From an uncultured delta proteobacterium (GTDB taxonomy: Bacteria; Desulfobacterota; Binatia; UBA9968), in assembly GCA_963737905.1 (NCBI GenBank), contig CAVTUQ010000013.1:1-64000 (forward strand): 64,000 nucleotides of DNA. Reading direction: 5' to 3'. A model generated the notes under the pieces. The model saw only the letters and a program-made list of their open reading frames with translations. It was not told the origin of the DNA and did no database searches. Position 1 is the stretch's first letter; the number at the start of each line of letters is the position of its first letter. The position numbers and the translations under genes are program-made. Shown here piece after piece: positions 38,863 through 47,962 of this stretch.

Positions 38863-40356
38863 TTAGCCCTTCGTTATATGCGGTCGGGTGTGGCGCGCTT
38901 GCACGGCGGCCAGTTGCTTCTCCCACTTCGCAGAAAAGTGCTTTCGCGTATCGTTGCTTATCTGGCTGACAGCGGGAAATCGATCACGCCATTCGTAGGG
39001 CCGAGTTGCCTCGATGATCATTCGTGAGTTATGGCCCTTCTGGCCGGGAGGAATGATGGGATCGAGGGGGCCGCTCCAGGTACGGCGCAGGATATCAACT
39101 GAGGTGGCGGGATCAGACCTAGTGGCTATCGCCCAGACAACCTCATTTAGATCAGTGATGTCGATGTCCTCGTCTACGACTACCACATACCGGCCCAGGT
39201 AAGCCCCCGCATGACACTGGCAAGCGACTAGCGCAGCCTGTTTGGCATGGCCCGGGTACCGCTGTTTGATCGCCACAACGATCATGAATCGTTGCGCAGG
39301 CGGTGGAAGATACACGCCTCGGATGTCTGGAACGCCGGCTTGCTCCATTCCGTTCCAAACGGTGGCCGCGCGTAAACAGGACCGATACATTCCGTGAATC
39401 GTTGGCTTGAAGGGTGCGGCGCCGCAAATAATAGGATCATTTCGATAATACAGCGCCTTCACTCGCACAAACGGCTCGGCGCGCTGAGCGCTGGCATAAT
39501 AGCCAGGCCATTCGCCAAACGGACCTTCGGGTAACGATTCCCCAGGAATGATTTCTCCCTCGATAGCGATTTCAGCTGTGGCTGGAAATCGGAGCCCGGT
39601 TAAGGGTCCCTCCATTACTTCTATGGGCTGGCCCAGGAGTCCCCCGGTCCAGTCGTATTCGTTAACCCCAAAGGGAACGGCCTGCGACGCTGCGATGAAC
39701 AGCAGCGGATGCTGGCCGAACACCATTGCCACCGGGAAGGGCTTTCCCGCTCGCATCGCTTTCTCATAATGAATTTTGCCGTGCTTGCCGGGAGAGATAT
39801 AAAGACCCACTTTGTCCTTCTCCTGGAGCATCACGCGGTAGCAACCAACGTTTTCCACGCCGGTCTCGGGATCGCGTGTGATCACGAGATGGGCGGTTCC
39901 CAGGTAGCGGCCGCCGTCGCCCTCATGCCAACGCGGGACCGGAAACTTGAGGAGATCAATCTGATCGCCCCGCTCGATATTCTCCATTACAGGACCGGTG
40001 GAAACAATGTTCGGTTTGATCGGTTGAAGCGCCCGCAACTTCGCCCGCAAAGCATCGATCAGAGGAATCGTCTTCAGATCGGTCGGCAGGTTCAAGGTCA
40101 GGGCTGTGCGTTCCAGGGTCTCGAGCATGTTGGCGAGAACGCGGCGATCGGCGGCATATCCGGGAACCGCCTCGAACATGACTGCCGGCGGAGACGGCAG
40201 CCGCTCCAGTATGATTTCCGTCAACGCCCCGATCTCCAAGTCCCAATGAGCACCAGAGATGTGTTCCAATTGTCCCAGCGCTTGCACGCCGTCGAGCCAA
40301 TCGCGAAGGTCACAAGCATTTGCGGCTTCGCGGGTTTTCATTTCTGGCTTTGCCAT
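38863..40356 (-). CDS. UbiD family (prFMN-dependent) decarboxylase
   Basis: LEIGA, DGGRYLGT, NVGCYR, EGPFGEWPGYY, VVDEDID and WAIATR motifs. Confidence 0.93.
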   Translation of the reverse strand: MAKPEMKTREAANACDLRDWLDGVQALGQLEHISGAHWDLEIGALTEIILERLPSPPAVMFEAVPGYAADRRVLANMLETLERTALTLNLPTDLKTIPLIDALRAKLRALQPIKPNIVSTGPVMENIERGDQIDLLKFPVPRWHEGDGGRYLGTAHLVITRDPETGVENVGCYRVMLQEKDKVGLYISPGKHGKIHYEKAMRAGKPFPVAMVFGQHPLLFIAASQAVPFGVNEYDWTGGLLGQPIEVMEGPLTGLRFPATAEIAIEGEIIPGESLPEGPFGEWPGYYASAQRAEPFVRVKALYYRNDPIICGAAPFKPTIHGMYRSCLRAATVWNGMEQAGVPDIRGVYLPPPAQRFMIVVAIKQRYPGHAKQAALVACQCHAGAYLGRYVVVVDEDIDITDLNEVVWAIATRSDPATSVDILRRTWSGPLDPIIPPGQKGHNSRMIIEATRPYEWRDRFPAVSQISNDTRKHFSAKWEKQLAAVQARHTRPHITKG

Positions 40357-40395
40357 ACAGAACCTCCCTCAATCTGGTACAGTCAGCGCAAGATT

Positions 40396-41394
40396 TTAGT
40401 TTTCAACCTCTTCCCGATATAGCTGGAGCCCTTCCATCACAGGTCTATCATTGATGGAAAAGAGAATTGCCTCGTCGTCGGCAAGATTCTCATGAGAATG
40501 CCATTGCCAAAGGGGTACGACGAAAGAATCTCCCTTCTTCCATTCGAGGTGGCCTTCTCCTACCGCAGTTCGACCTCGTCCTTTGAAAACGTGGTAGAGG
40601 GCCGTGCTGGTATGGCGATGCGCCTTGGTTTTCTCGCTGGCTTTGAAGAGCTGAACCTCGCACGACATCGTCGGGTACGTGAATCCAGCCGTGACCGGAT
40701 TGACGTAGCGCAGCAGCGTACCTTCGTAAGGATCACGGTCGCTGTCGCCCATCGTCTTGAGCGCCTTGTAGGTGTTCTTCCAAGCGTAACGAAAGGGAAC
40801 GCCGCGCCGGTAGATTTCATTCTGCTTCGGCGTCCGTGCAAAGCCCAGACGGCTGAGCGATTCACCGGTTTGTCGGGTGATCGGCTGTTCATCCTTTTCG
40901 TAATCCTCGAAGAACAAAACGTTCAAGGACTGGATCAGTGGTCCATCCAGCCCATCTAACCAGATAATCGGGTCTTCGGATTCGTTGTGGTGATCATGCC
41001 AAGTCCAATTGGGCGTGAGGATTAGGTCGCCTTCTTCCATCGGAAACTTTTCGCCGTCGACAGCCGTGTACGCCCCTTTCCCCTGCACGACGAAGCGGAT
41101 CGCCGCCATGTTATGACGGTGCGCCCGCGCCACCTCGCCGGGATTCACGATAGAAAAGGTGAATTGAAGGGTATGAGAAGTCGACTTGAGCGGAAGGTGC
41201 GGACTCACGAGGCGGATGGCGCGTCGTTCCGCCTGTTCGATACCGATCGTCTCGCTTGCCTTCAACAAGCCGTCAAGCAGCGGCTCCCACTTCCAGAGAT
41301 ACGGCGCCTCCGACGAATGCGACGGAACACGCGTCTTCCAGAACCCAGAGAGCTGATTCTTCTCCAATTCGCTGTCGAGCTCCGTAAGCTTCAT
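40396..41394 (-). CDS. Bicupin dioxygenase, gentisate 1,2-dioxygenase family
   Basis: AERRAIRL, PGEVARAHRH..IRF, WTWHDH, WLDGLD and a second HRHT..WHSH. Confidence 0.9.
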   Translation of the reverse strand: MKLTELDSELEKNQLSGFWKTRVPSHSSEAPYLWKWEPLLDGLLKASETIGIEQAERRAIRLVSPHLPLKSTSHTLQFTFSIVNPGEVARAHRHNMAAIRFVVQGKGAYTAVDGEKFPMEEGDLILTPNWTWHDHHNESEDPIIWLDGLDGPLIQSLNVLFFEDYEKDEQPITRQTGESLSRLGFARTPKQNEIYRRGVPFRYAWKNTYKALKTMGDSDRDPYEGTLLRYVNPVTAGFTYPTMSCEVQLFKASEKTKAHRHTSTALYHVFKGRGRTAVGEGHLEWKKGDSFVVPLWQWHSHENLADDEAILFSINDRPVMEGLQLYREEVEN

Positions 41395-41414
41395 CGGCTC
41401 ACCCCTTCTTTGCG

Positions 41415-42122
41415 CTAGACTGCTTTTGACATCGCATGAGCCATCCCGCCAAAATAGGCGCGATGGAGATCCATCGACTCCTTGGCGGTATCGAGAACGT
41501 CTTGTTCTCTACCGGGAGCGACATATCTCTCGAGCACGTCAATAAACATGTCCGAATGTTTCACATCGGCCTTGCTATGCGCCGTAAAATTCGGCATCTG
41601 TTCGTCACGAAAGTTAAGATCCCGGCTCCAGATTTTGTAAAGCCGGGTGCAATTGCCGCCGCCAAGGTCGCCCAATAGCCGGTCGTCGTTGGTCCATTCC
41701 GCAATGGTCGAAGCGGCGATCGCCTCCTGCCACGGCCGATTGCGCGCGATCCAGAACCAACCGTAGATCGCCGCCTTGGTGGTCGGCAGCGGCTCGGCGT
41801 TCAGAACCTCATCTACGCTCAGCCCCAGCTCCTTCCCCTGGCGAAAAATAAGATCCAGATGGCCGGCCTTGGAGTGCTCATCTTCGACCAACTCTTCGTG
41901 CTCATGTTCCATGATGCGTTGTTTGACGTCGAACTCGGGACAATTCGCCGCCACCTGCGGCCAAAAATTTCTCCTTTGACGCACGTAAATGCCCAACTGC
42001 AACAGATAAATCCGCGCCCGCTCCGTGGTCATTTCAATCGAGTAGAAATGTTGCATTTCCGGCGATAGAAACAGGTCCCTTACGCAATCTCCCAATCTTT
42101 GCCGCCATTCCTGCGGTTTCAT
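41415..42122 (-). CDS. Heme-oxygenase-like diiron protein (CADD/PqqC/TenA superfamily)
   Basis: EE....GH, AE and HSKADVKH (HxxxDxxH) ligand pattern; all-helical, 235 aa. Confidence 0.8.
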   Translation of the reverse strand: MKPQEWRQRLGDCVRDLFLSPEMQHFYSIEMTTERARIYLLQLGIYVRQRRNFWPQVAANCPEFDVKQRIMEHEHEELVEDEHSKAGHLDLIFRQGKELGLSVDEVLNAEPLPTTKAAIYGWFWIARNRPWQEAIAASTIAEWTNDDRLLGDLGGGNCTRLYKIWSRDLNFRDEQMPNFTAHSKADVKHSDMFIDVLERYVAPGREQDVLDTAKESMDLHRAYFGGMAHAMSKAV

Positions 42123-42501
42123 TAACTTACCTCCCCGATTCTCGGCGTCACCATAATGACGTAATCAAAAATTCTCACGCCTTACTATCTTAATTACTTT
42201 GCGTTGTACAAATAAATTGTCTTCATTTAGCAGTAGCCGATCCCTCAAACCGTTGTCAAGGAGGGTTTGAAGCCGTCGGCTTGGGGAAAAGTATTGTCGA
42301 GTATTCAGCGAAAGCGGCGGATCAAGCTCGTCTCGACTCCCCCCGGAACTAATTAATTTTGCATAGCATACACCTTTAGTCTTGACTAGAGTCGCACTTA
42401 AAAGTAAAAGACCCACTAGAGTTAGGTCTAAAGTCGTATATATGGAGAAGACTTTCCAGCGACGAACCTGGTTTGCAACTGTCGGCATCCAGCTTGGTAA
42501 A

Positions 42502-43947
42502 ATGAGCCGGCCTCAACTCATTTACACAGGGCTGCTCCTGGGCCTCCTTTGCCCTTTAATTTGGGGCGGCTGTAGCCTCCAACAGCCGCCCCAAGAGCAG
42601 CAAATTGGGAACCTGGGTTACTTCGAGTTTCGGGCTCCCGACAATCGCATGAAAGGTGTCATCGTCGGAGCGGCCCGCGGAGTTACCGAACCCGGCTCGG
42701 CAGAATACGCAAGATTGATCAGCAAACGAACCGGCGCCGGTTTTCTCATCGCTTCCGGATTCGCGTCAAAGCGACTGGCGGTTACGCAGCCGCTGGTGCG
42801 CGTGTCTGCGCTGGTGTCTAACGATCCTCTCGACCGAGGAAGTATCTACCGAGAGTTCAAAACTCTACTTCGACAAACCGCCGACGGCAATGTCAAATTA
42901 TATATCGGAGTGCGTTCCGCTGCGCAGGCAGACGCCGTGGATCGAATCGAGGTCGCCACCAGTGGCTTCACGTTTGAGCAACTCGCAATCTTAAAGGAGT
43001 CTTTTACTCGCATCAGAGATGAGGCATTGTCCGGCAGTTCGATACCAAAAATCGCCATCGCCGTGGAACCGTTGGAGAAAATCTCTTGGCGTGTTTCGGG
43101 AGTGAAACATCACGGCGTGCTTATGTTTGCGGAGCGGGGGCTCAATCTTCGCCTTCCTGAAAGCTTGTCCGCAGCGGCGGCCGAATCTTCTTATGTGAAA
43201 ATCCTTTCGGCTTGGATCGCCGAAATTCTCACGCTCCTCGAAGACGATGCTTCCCAACGTGATATCGGCGTCAAGCTGATGGATTACGGCAGAATTGAAT
43301 CCATCCCGTCCAGGAAGCACCAAAATGGCGTTGTCATCGCCGCGCCGCATGGGACTTTTGACGAGCACACGGCCGAACTGGTGAACCAGGTGAGCTATCG
43401 AACGGGCCTCGCAGCTGTTATCGCGCTCGGGTTTACTCCCACCGAGTGCGCAGGATGGCGTATCAACGTCAATCGCCCCACTGAGCGGCTCTATCCCTCG
43501 GATAATATCGAAATCCGTTCCCAGCGGGCGCAAGAAGTCTATCACGCCTTCAAACAAAGTGTCTTGGAAGCTTCACGTGGCAGCCTAAACTTATACGTCG
43601 ACATCCACCAGAACGGTCGGCAAAACAACATTGAAGTCGCAACCATGGGAATTTCCAGGGAAGAAGCCCAGTTCATCAAAAAGATCTATCGCGAAGCCCG
43701 GGATCGGCTCCTCAAGCTTGCGCCGGGAGTAACATCCGTAGATCTGATGATCGAACCCGTCGACAATATCGAAATTGGTGCCTGGGCCGCCAAAGCTCAA
43801 GGTATCTTGGGTTTAGCGCAAAAAAGTCTCCACTTTGAATTTCCTCTTTATAATACGTTGGGATCATCCAAAGCTCGCGAAAGCTATACGGAGATAGTCG
43901 GAGTTGTCTTGGACCAGATCGTTCCAACCTTGCTCGGTGAGAAATAG
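42502..43947 (+). CDS. Putative lipoprotein with two tandem Zn-hydrolase-like domains
   Basis: Hydrophobic leader ending WGGC; internal duplication; second copy has APHG..DEHT, NRP and DIH. Confidence 0.6.
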   Translation: MSRPQLIYTGLLLGLLCPLIWGGCSLQQPPQEQQIGNLGYFEFRAPDNRMKGVIVGAARGVTEPGSAEYARLISKRTGAGFLIASGFASKRLAVTQPLVRVSALVSNDPLDRGSIYREFKTLLRQTADGNVKLYIGVRSAAQADAVDRIEVATSGFTFEQLAILKESFTRIRDEALSGSSIPKIAIAVEPLEKISWRVSGVKHHGVLMFAERGLNLRLPESLSAAAAESSYVKILSAWIAEILTLLEDDASQRDIGVKLMDYGRIESIPSRKHQNGVVIAAPHGTFDEHTAELVNQVSYRTGLAAVIALGFTPTECAGWRINVNRPTERLYPSDNIEIRSQRAQEVYHAFKQSVLEASRGSLNLYVDIHQNGRQNNIEVATMGISREEAQFIKKIYREARDRLLKLAPGVTSVDLMIEPVDNIEIGAWAAKAQGILGLAQKSLHFEFPLYNTLGSSKARESYTEIVGVVLDQIVPTLLGEK

Positions 43948-44009
43948 CCATGGAGGCGGTCGCGGCGTCAGGGTCAAGGACAACTATAGGAGTTAACTAA
44001 AACATCGAC

Positions 44010-44025
44010 TTGGCATTGCGGCAGC
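44010..44025 (+). promoter_or_regulatory. Possible sigma54 promoter
   Basis: TTGGCATTGCGGCAGC has GG-N10-GC spacing but a weak -12 element. Confidence 0.3.
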
Positions 44026-44071
44026 TGGCAGCAACAGAGACCTGAATCGCGTGGTTCTTGGGATTTTGCTT

Positions 44072-45433
44072 ATGCCCAGAGTCCTTGTTATCGAAACGAG
44101 CGATGCGGCGCGGACATTAATTGAAAGCCGATTTGACGGTCGTCTATCCATCGAATCCACGACTACCGTAAAAGCAGGCTTAGACACCCACCAACGAAAT
44201 CCATTCCAGCTAGTCGTCTGGGACACAGTCTCCAGCCCGTCCGAGTGTGTTAATCCTGTTCAGACCCTAAAGAAATTTCTCAAGTGCCATCTTGATACCA
44301 GAATGATCATCCTTTCTGATATCACGGAGCCCAAGACCGTTAGTGTGTGCAGTCTTCCATGCGAATGGCTCCAGCAACCGGTAGATGAGACGGAATTTTT
44401 GGCGCTTGTCGAAGCGGCGCTTCACCGCAACTGTATAGCCGATGGAAGTCGATCCGCGAACATGGAATCGCCCGTCTCGACAAAGTTTGAAGGCATATTG
44501 GCCATTACGCTTACCATGCGACCGGTGCTTCAGCACATCATGAAAGCCGCCGCCGAAGATATTCCTCTCTTGATCAGCGGAGAAACGGGTACGGGCAAGG
44601 ATCTGGTGGCCGCCGCGATCCACAAAAGAAGCAGGCGGAAGCACTTTCCTTACGTGCCCGTCAACATGGGTGCGATTGCGTCTGAGCTTATCGCCAGTGA
44701 GCTGTTTGGCCACGAGAGAGGCGCCTATACAGGCGCCTCCGAATCACGCCCGGGATTGTTTGAACAGGCGCAAGGTGGAACGATCTTGCTCGATGAGATC
44801 ACGACTATTGATGAGAAAACCCAAGTTAGCCTGCTGCGGGTTTTGGAAACCAAAACCGTGCGCCGCGTGGGTGGAGAAAAGGACTTACACGTTGATGTAC
44901 GGGTCATTGCCGCGACGAATGAAAACATCGAGCAAGCAGTCGAGGCCGGGCGCTTTCGAGAGGACCTCTATTATCGCCTCGACGTCTTTCGCATCCACCT
45001 GCCACCGCTACGCGAACGTCAGGGCGCTATCTCGTTACTCACGGATCATTTCGTGGCCCGCTTTGCGGAATCGTATAAGAGAAATATCCGGTTAGTTTCC
45101 CGCGAGACCTACCGATTGATGCGACGCTATCCTTGGCCCGGCAACGTAAGAGAATTAAAGAACGTCATTCAGCGCGCGGTTTTGTTAGCGAAAGGCACCG
45201 AGCTTACACCCGACCTTCTTCCGCAACGTCTAAAGGATGTTGATGACTGTGGGGCCACAAAGTCCACCAAGCAATCCCCTATTCGTCTAGGAATGAGCCT
45301 TGGGGAGGTGGAAAAAGAATATCTTAAGATGACCCTTGCCCATATCAACGGAAACAAGATGAAAGCCGCCTCGATTTTGGGCATCAGCCGCCGTGCGCTG
45401 TATAACAAACTGAAGAGATTCGAAATCCTGTAG
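44072..45433 (+). CDS. sigma54-dependent activator (atypical REC-AAA+-Fis HTH)
   Basis: GETGTGKD, SELFGHERGAYTGA, LDEI, FREDLYYRL, WPGNVREL and LGISRRALY motifs. Confidence 0.93.
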   Translation: MPRVLVIETSDAARTLIESRFDGRLSIESTTTVKAGLDTHQRNPFQLVVWDTVSSPSECVNPVQTLKKFLKCHLDTRMIILSDITEPKTVSVCSLPCEWLQQPVDETEFLALVEAALHRNCIADGSRSANMESPVSTKFEGILAITLTMRPVLQHIMKAAAEDIPLLISGETGTGKDLVAAAIHKRSRRKHFPYVPVNMGAIASELIASELFGHERGAYTGASESRPGLFEQAQGGTILLDEITTIDEKTQVSLLRVLETKTVRRVGGEKDLHVDVRVIAATNENIEQAVEAGRFREDLYYRLDVFRIHLPPLRERQGAISLLTDHFVARFAESYKRNIRLVSRETYRLMRRYPWPGNVRELKNVIQRAVLLAKGTELTPDLLPQRLKDVDDCGATKSTKQSPIRLGMSLGEVEKEYLKMTLAHINGNKMKAASILGISRRALYNKLKRFEIL

Positions 45434-45801
45434 CATGTAAAATTTGCCGATGAGCTGCGAGTTTTTCTTCTCGGTAATAGTGCGTCGGCAACTAAACCGA
45501 CAGGAATCTTGATATATCTGCACGCTGAATTTCCAGTATATCGTGTTTAATCCAAAAGCCACAGATGCATAGTCAGAAGATCTGAAAGCGCCTATTCGGG
45601 GCCCGACCCTACATCCTCGGCTGTTGATGACCCCGGTCTCGCCCTACGGGTCCCACCCGTATCGCCCTAGAGTGCGGTGAAGTGCAGCTTGTGTATGTAT
45701 GCTGGCGCAAAAGAAACGGCGGCAGCAAGGCTCTTGCAGAGGCGCCGAGACTCGTACTAAGTTCCGCCTGCGAGATTCGACGCGCCGGGGGGCCAGACAA
45801 G

Positions 45802-47160
45802 ATGACCCAAATCCTCGTCATAGAAAAGCGCGGAGAGATCCGGAGAATGGTCGAGAGTCGCTTTGGCGCTCGACTGGTGGTTGAGTCTGCTCCGACTTTC
45901 ACAACCGCTCGCGAACGCATCGCCCTCGAGCCTTTCGAGATCATTATTTGGGAATTAAGGAGTCCAACGGCGAATGCCAAATTTGCCGAACGTTTTCAGA
46001 AGCTTTCCCGGGAATACCCAACGACCAAACTGGTGGTCGTTTCCGATCAAGACGAACCGGACTTCACCTCGCGTGCAAATATGGGGTGTGAATGGGTTCG
46101 TCAGCCGTTTACCGAGGGCGAACTAGTCGCCGCCATCGAAATATCCCTTGGGCCCAAGATACCACCGCATCAGAGGTTCTCGCCGGGTACGGAAATTGAA
46201 ATACCGATCGAGTTCGATGGGATTCTGGCCGTCAGTCTTGCGATGCGATCCGTGCTTCAACAGGTCACCGAAGCGGCTGCCGAAGATATTCCCGTTTTGA
46301 TCACGGGTGAGACCGGCACCGGGAAGGATCTCGTGGCTGCCGCTATTCACAAGAGAAGCAAACGAAAAAACTCGCCCTTTCTAGCGGTCAATATGGGAGC
46401 CATTGCCTCAGAGCTCGTCGCCAGTGAGCTGTTCGGCCATGAGAAGGGAGCCTTCACCGGAGCCACCGAGGCGCGCGCCGGTTTCTTTGAGCAGGCTCAA
46501 GGTGGAACGATTTTCCTTGATGAGATCACGACGATGGATGAGAAAACCCAGGTCAGCCTGCTGCGAGTTTTGGAAGCGCACACCATTCGTCGAGTGCGGG
46601 GCGAGAGAGATATAAAGGTCAATGTGCGGGTGCTGGCGGCAACAAACCAAGATGTCGAGCAATCGGTAAAAGAACAGCGTTTTCGTGAGGATCTCTATTA
46701 TCGCCTCGATGTCTTTCGCATTCACATTCCGCCGCTGCGGGACCGGCGTGGGGGTGTTTCGTTGTTAACGGATCATTTTGTCTCCCGCTTCGATGACCTT
46801 TATAAGAAGGACGTCCGCGTTGTATCGCCTCATACTTATCGTTTGCTGAGGCGTTATCCCTGGCCTGGCAACGTTCGCGAGCTGAAGAATGTGATTCAGC
46901 GCGCCGTGTTGTTGGCAAAAAGCGCCGAGCTAACTCCCGATCTGCTTCCACCGCGGATTCGAGAGGCTGACGCCTCGAGTACGGCGGAGGCTTCAAGCCA
47001 GACCCCGATTCAAGTAGGAATGCCGCTCGCAGAGATCGAAAAGGAATTCATAAAAATGACCCTCGCGTCAGTAAGCGGCAACAAGATGAAAGCTGCTTCG
47101 ACACTCGGTATTAGCCGACGCGCATTATACAACAAGTTAAAAAGATACGGTCTGCTTTGA
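45802..47160 (+). CDS. sigma54-dependent activator (atypical REC-AAA+-Fis HTH), paralog of the preceding gene
   Basis: GETGTGKD, GAFTGA, FLDEI, WPGNVREL and Fis HTH motifs. Confidence 0.93.
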   Translation: MTQILVIEKRGEIRRMVESRFGARLVVESAPTFTTARERIALEPFEIIIWELRSPTANAKFAERFQKLSREYPTTKLVVVSDQDEPDFTSRANMGCEWVRQPFTEGELVAAIEISLGPKIPPHQRFSPGTEIEIPIEFDGILAVSLAMRSVLQQVTEAAAEDIPVLITGETGTGKDLVAAAIHKRSKRKNSPFLAVNMGAIASELVASELFGHEKGAFTGATEARAGFFEQAQGGTIFLDEITTMDEKTQVSLLRVLEAHTIRRVRGERDIKVNVRVLAATNQDVEQSVKEQRFREDLYYRLDVFRIHIPPLRDRRGGVSLLTDHFVSRFDDLYKKDVRVVSPHTYRLLRRYPWPGNVRELKNVIQRAVLLAKSAELTPDLLPPRIREADASSTAEASSQTPIQVGMPLAEIEKEFIKMTLASVSGNKMKAASTLGISRRALYNKLKRYGLL

Positions 47161-47395
47161 CTTTGATGTGAACAAAATGCACACCCGATTCGATTGATCA
47201 TCACGTCCGGGCCTTAACTTCAAACACAAATTTATTACGACCTTATCTTCGCTGCCTACATTCTTCACACAAGAGTAAGGGACGCCGCGAATTCTGCATC
47301 CGATGCTGCACAACTACAGAATAATGTGAGTTACGAGCGGCGAGCTTACCGCCTACAAGAACATAGCTCTCCGTTTTTACAAAACAATTTAACTT

Positions 47396-47410
47396 TGGCC
47401 TCGCTATTGC
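47396..47410 (+). promoter_or_regulatory. sigma54 (-24/-12) promoter
   Basis: TGGCCTCGCTATTGC (GG-N10-GC with TTGC), preceded by an AT-rich tract; TGT-N11-ACA at 47167-47183. Confidence 0.6.
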
Positions 47411-47425
47411 CCTGTGTCACAGGAC

Positions 47426-47926
47426 ATGGCGAAACAGATCAACAAGCTTACTTTCAACAGAGCGTCGTCGTTCTCATTCGAGCCGGATATTCTCGCTCCG
47501 CAACAGTACCTCAAGAATTACCGGCGCACTAGCCCCGCGGAACCCGAAAAGGCGCTCATGCTCGCTGTCCTCGCGGAAGCCGTAGATACTTATCAAAGAT
47601 TCGCGCTATCCGACTCGTTCCGCGCACAAGCGCTTTTTCGTGAAGTGGAAGCCTGGTTTTGGGGCGAAGAGCCCGATTCTCTTTTCTCGTTTCCGAGCAT
47701 TTGCGAGGTATTCGGCCTCGATCCGGGATTTTTGAGACGCGGGTTAATGCAATGGACAGCAAATCGACAGCGAAACACGTCACCGCGGAAAAAATTTCAA
47801 CTACATATGGAGAGAGGTCGTGCTCGCAAGCCTTTAAACACCATTGGAACGAAACCAGCTTCAAACCATTCGGGTAAGGACCGGCGCTGGGATCGTCTGG
47901 TATCGCCGGGTCTGAGTAGCGGATGA
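47426..47926 (+). CDS. Conserved hypothetical helical protein
   Basis: EPEKALMLAVLAEAVD..EVEAWF..FSFPSICEVFGLDPGFLRRGL; basic C-terminal tail. Confidence 0.7.
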   Translation: MAKQINKLTFNRASSFSFEPDILAPQQYLKNYRRTSPAEPEKALMLAVLAEAVDTYQRFALSDSFRAQALFREVEAWFWGEEPDSLFSFPSICEVFGLDPGFLRRGLMQWTANRQRNTSPRKKFQLHMERGRARKPLNTIGTKPASNHSGKDRRWDRLVSPGLSSG

Positions 47927-47962
47927 AACACGCGGGAGTCATAGCAGGAGGGGCACGGAACT

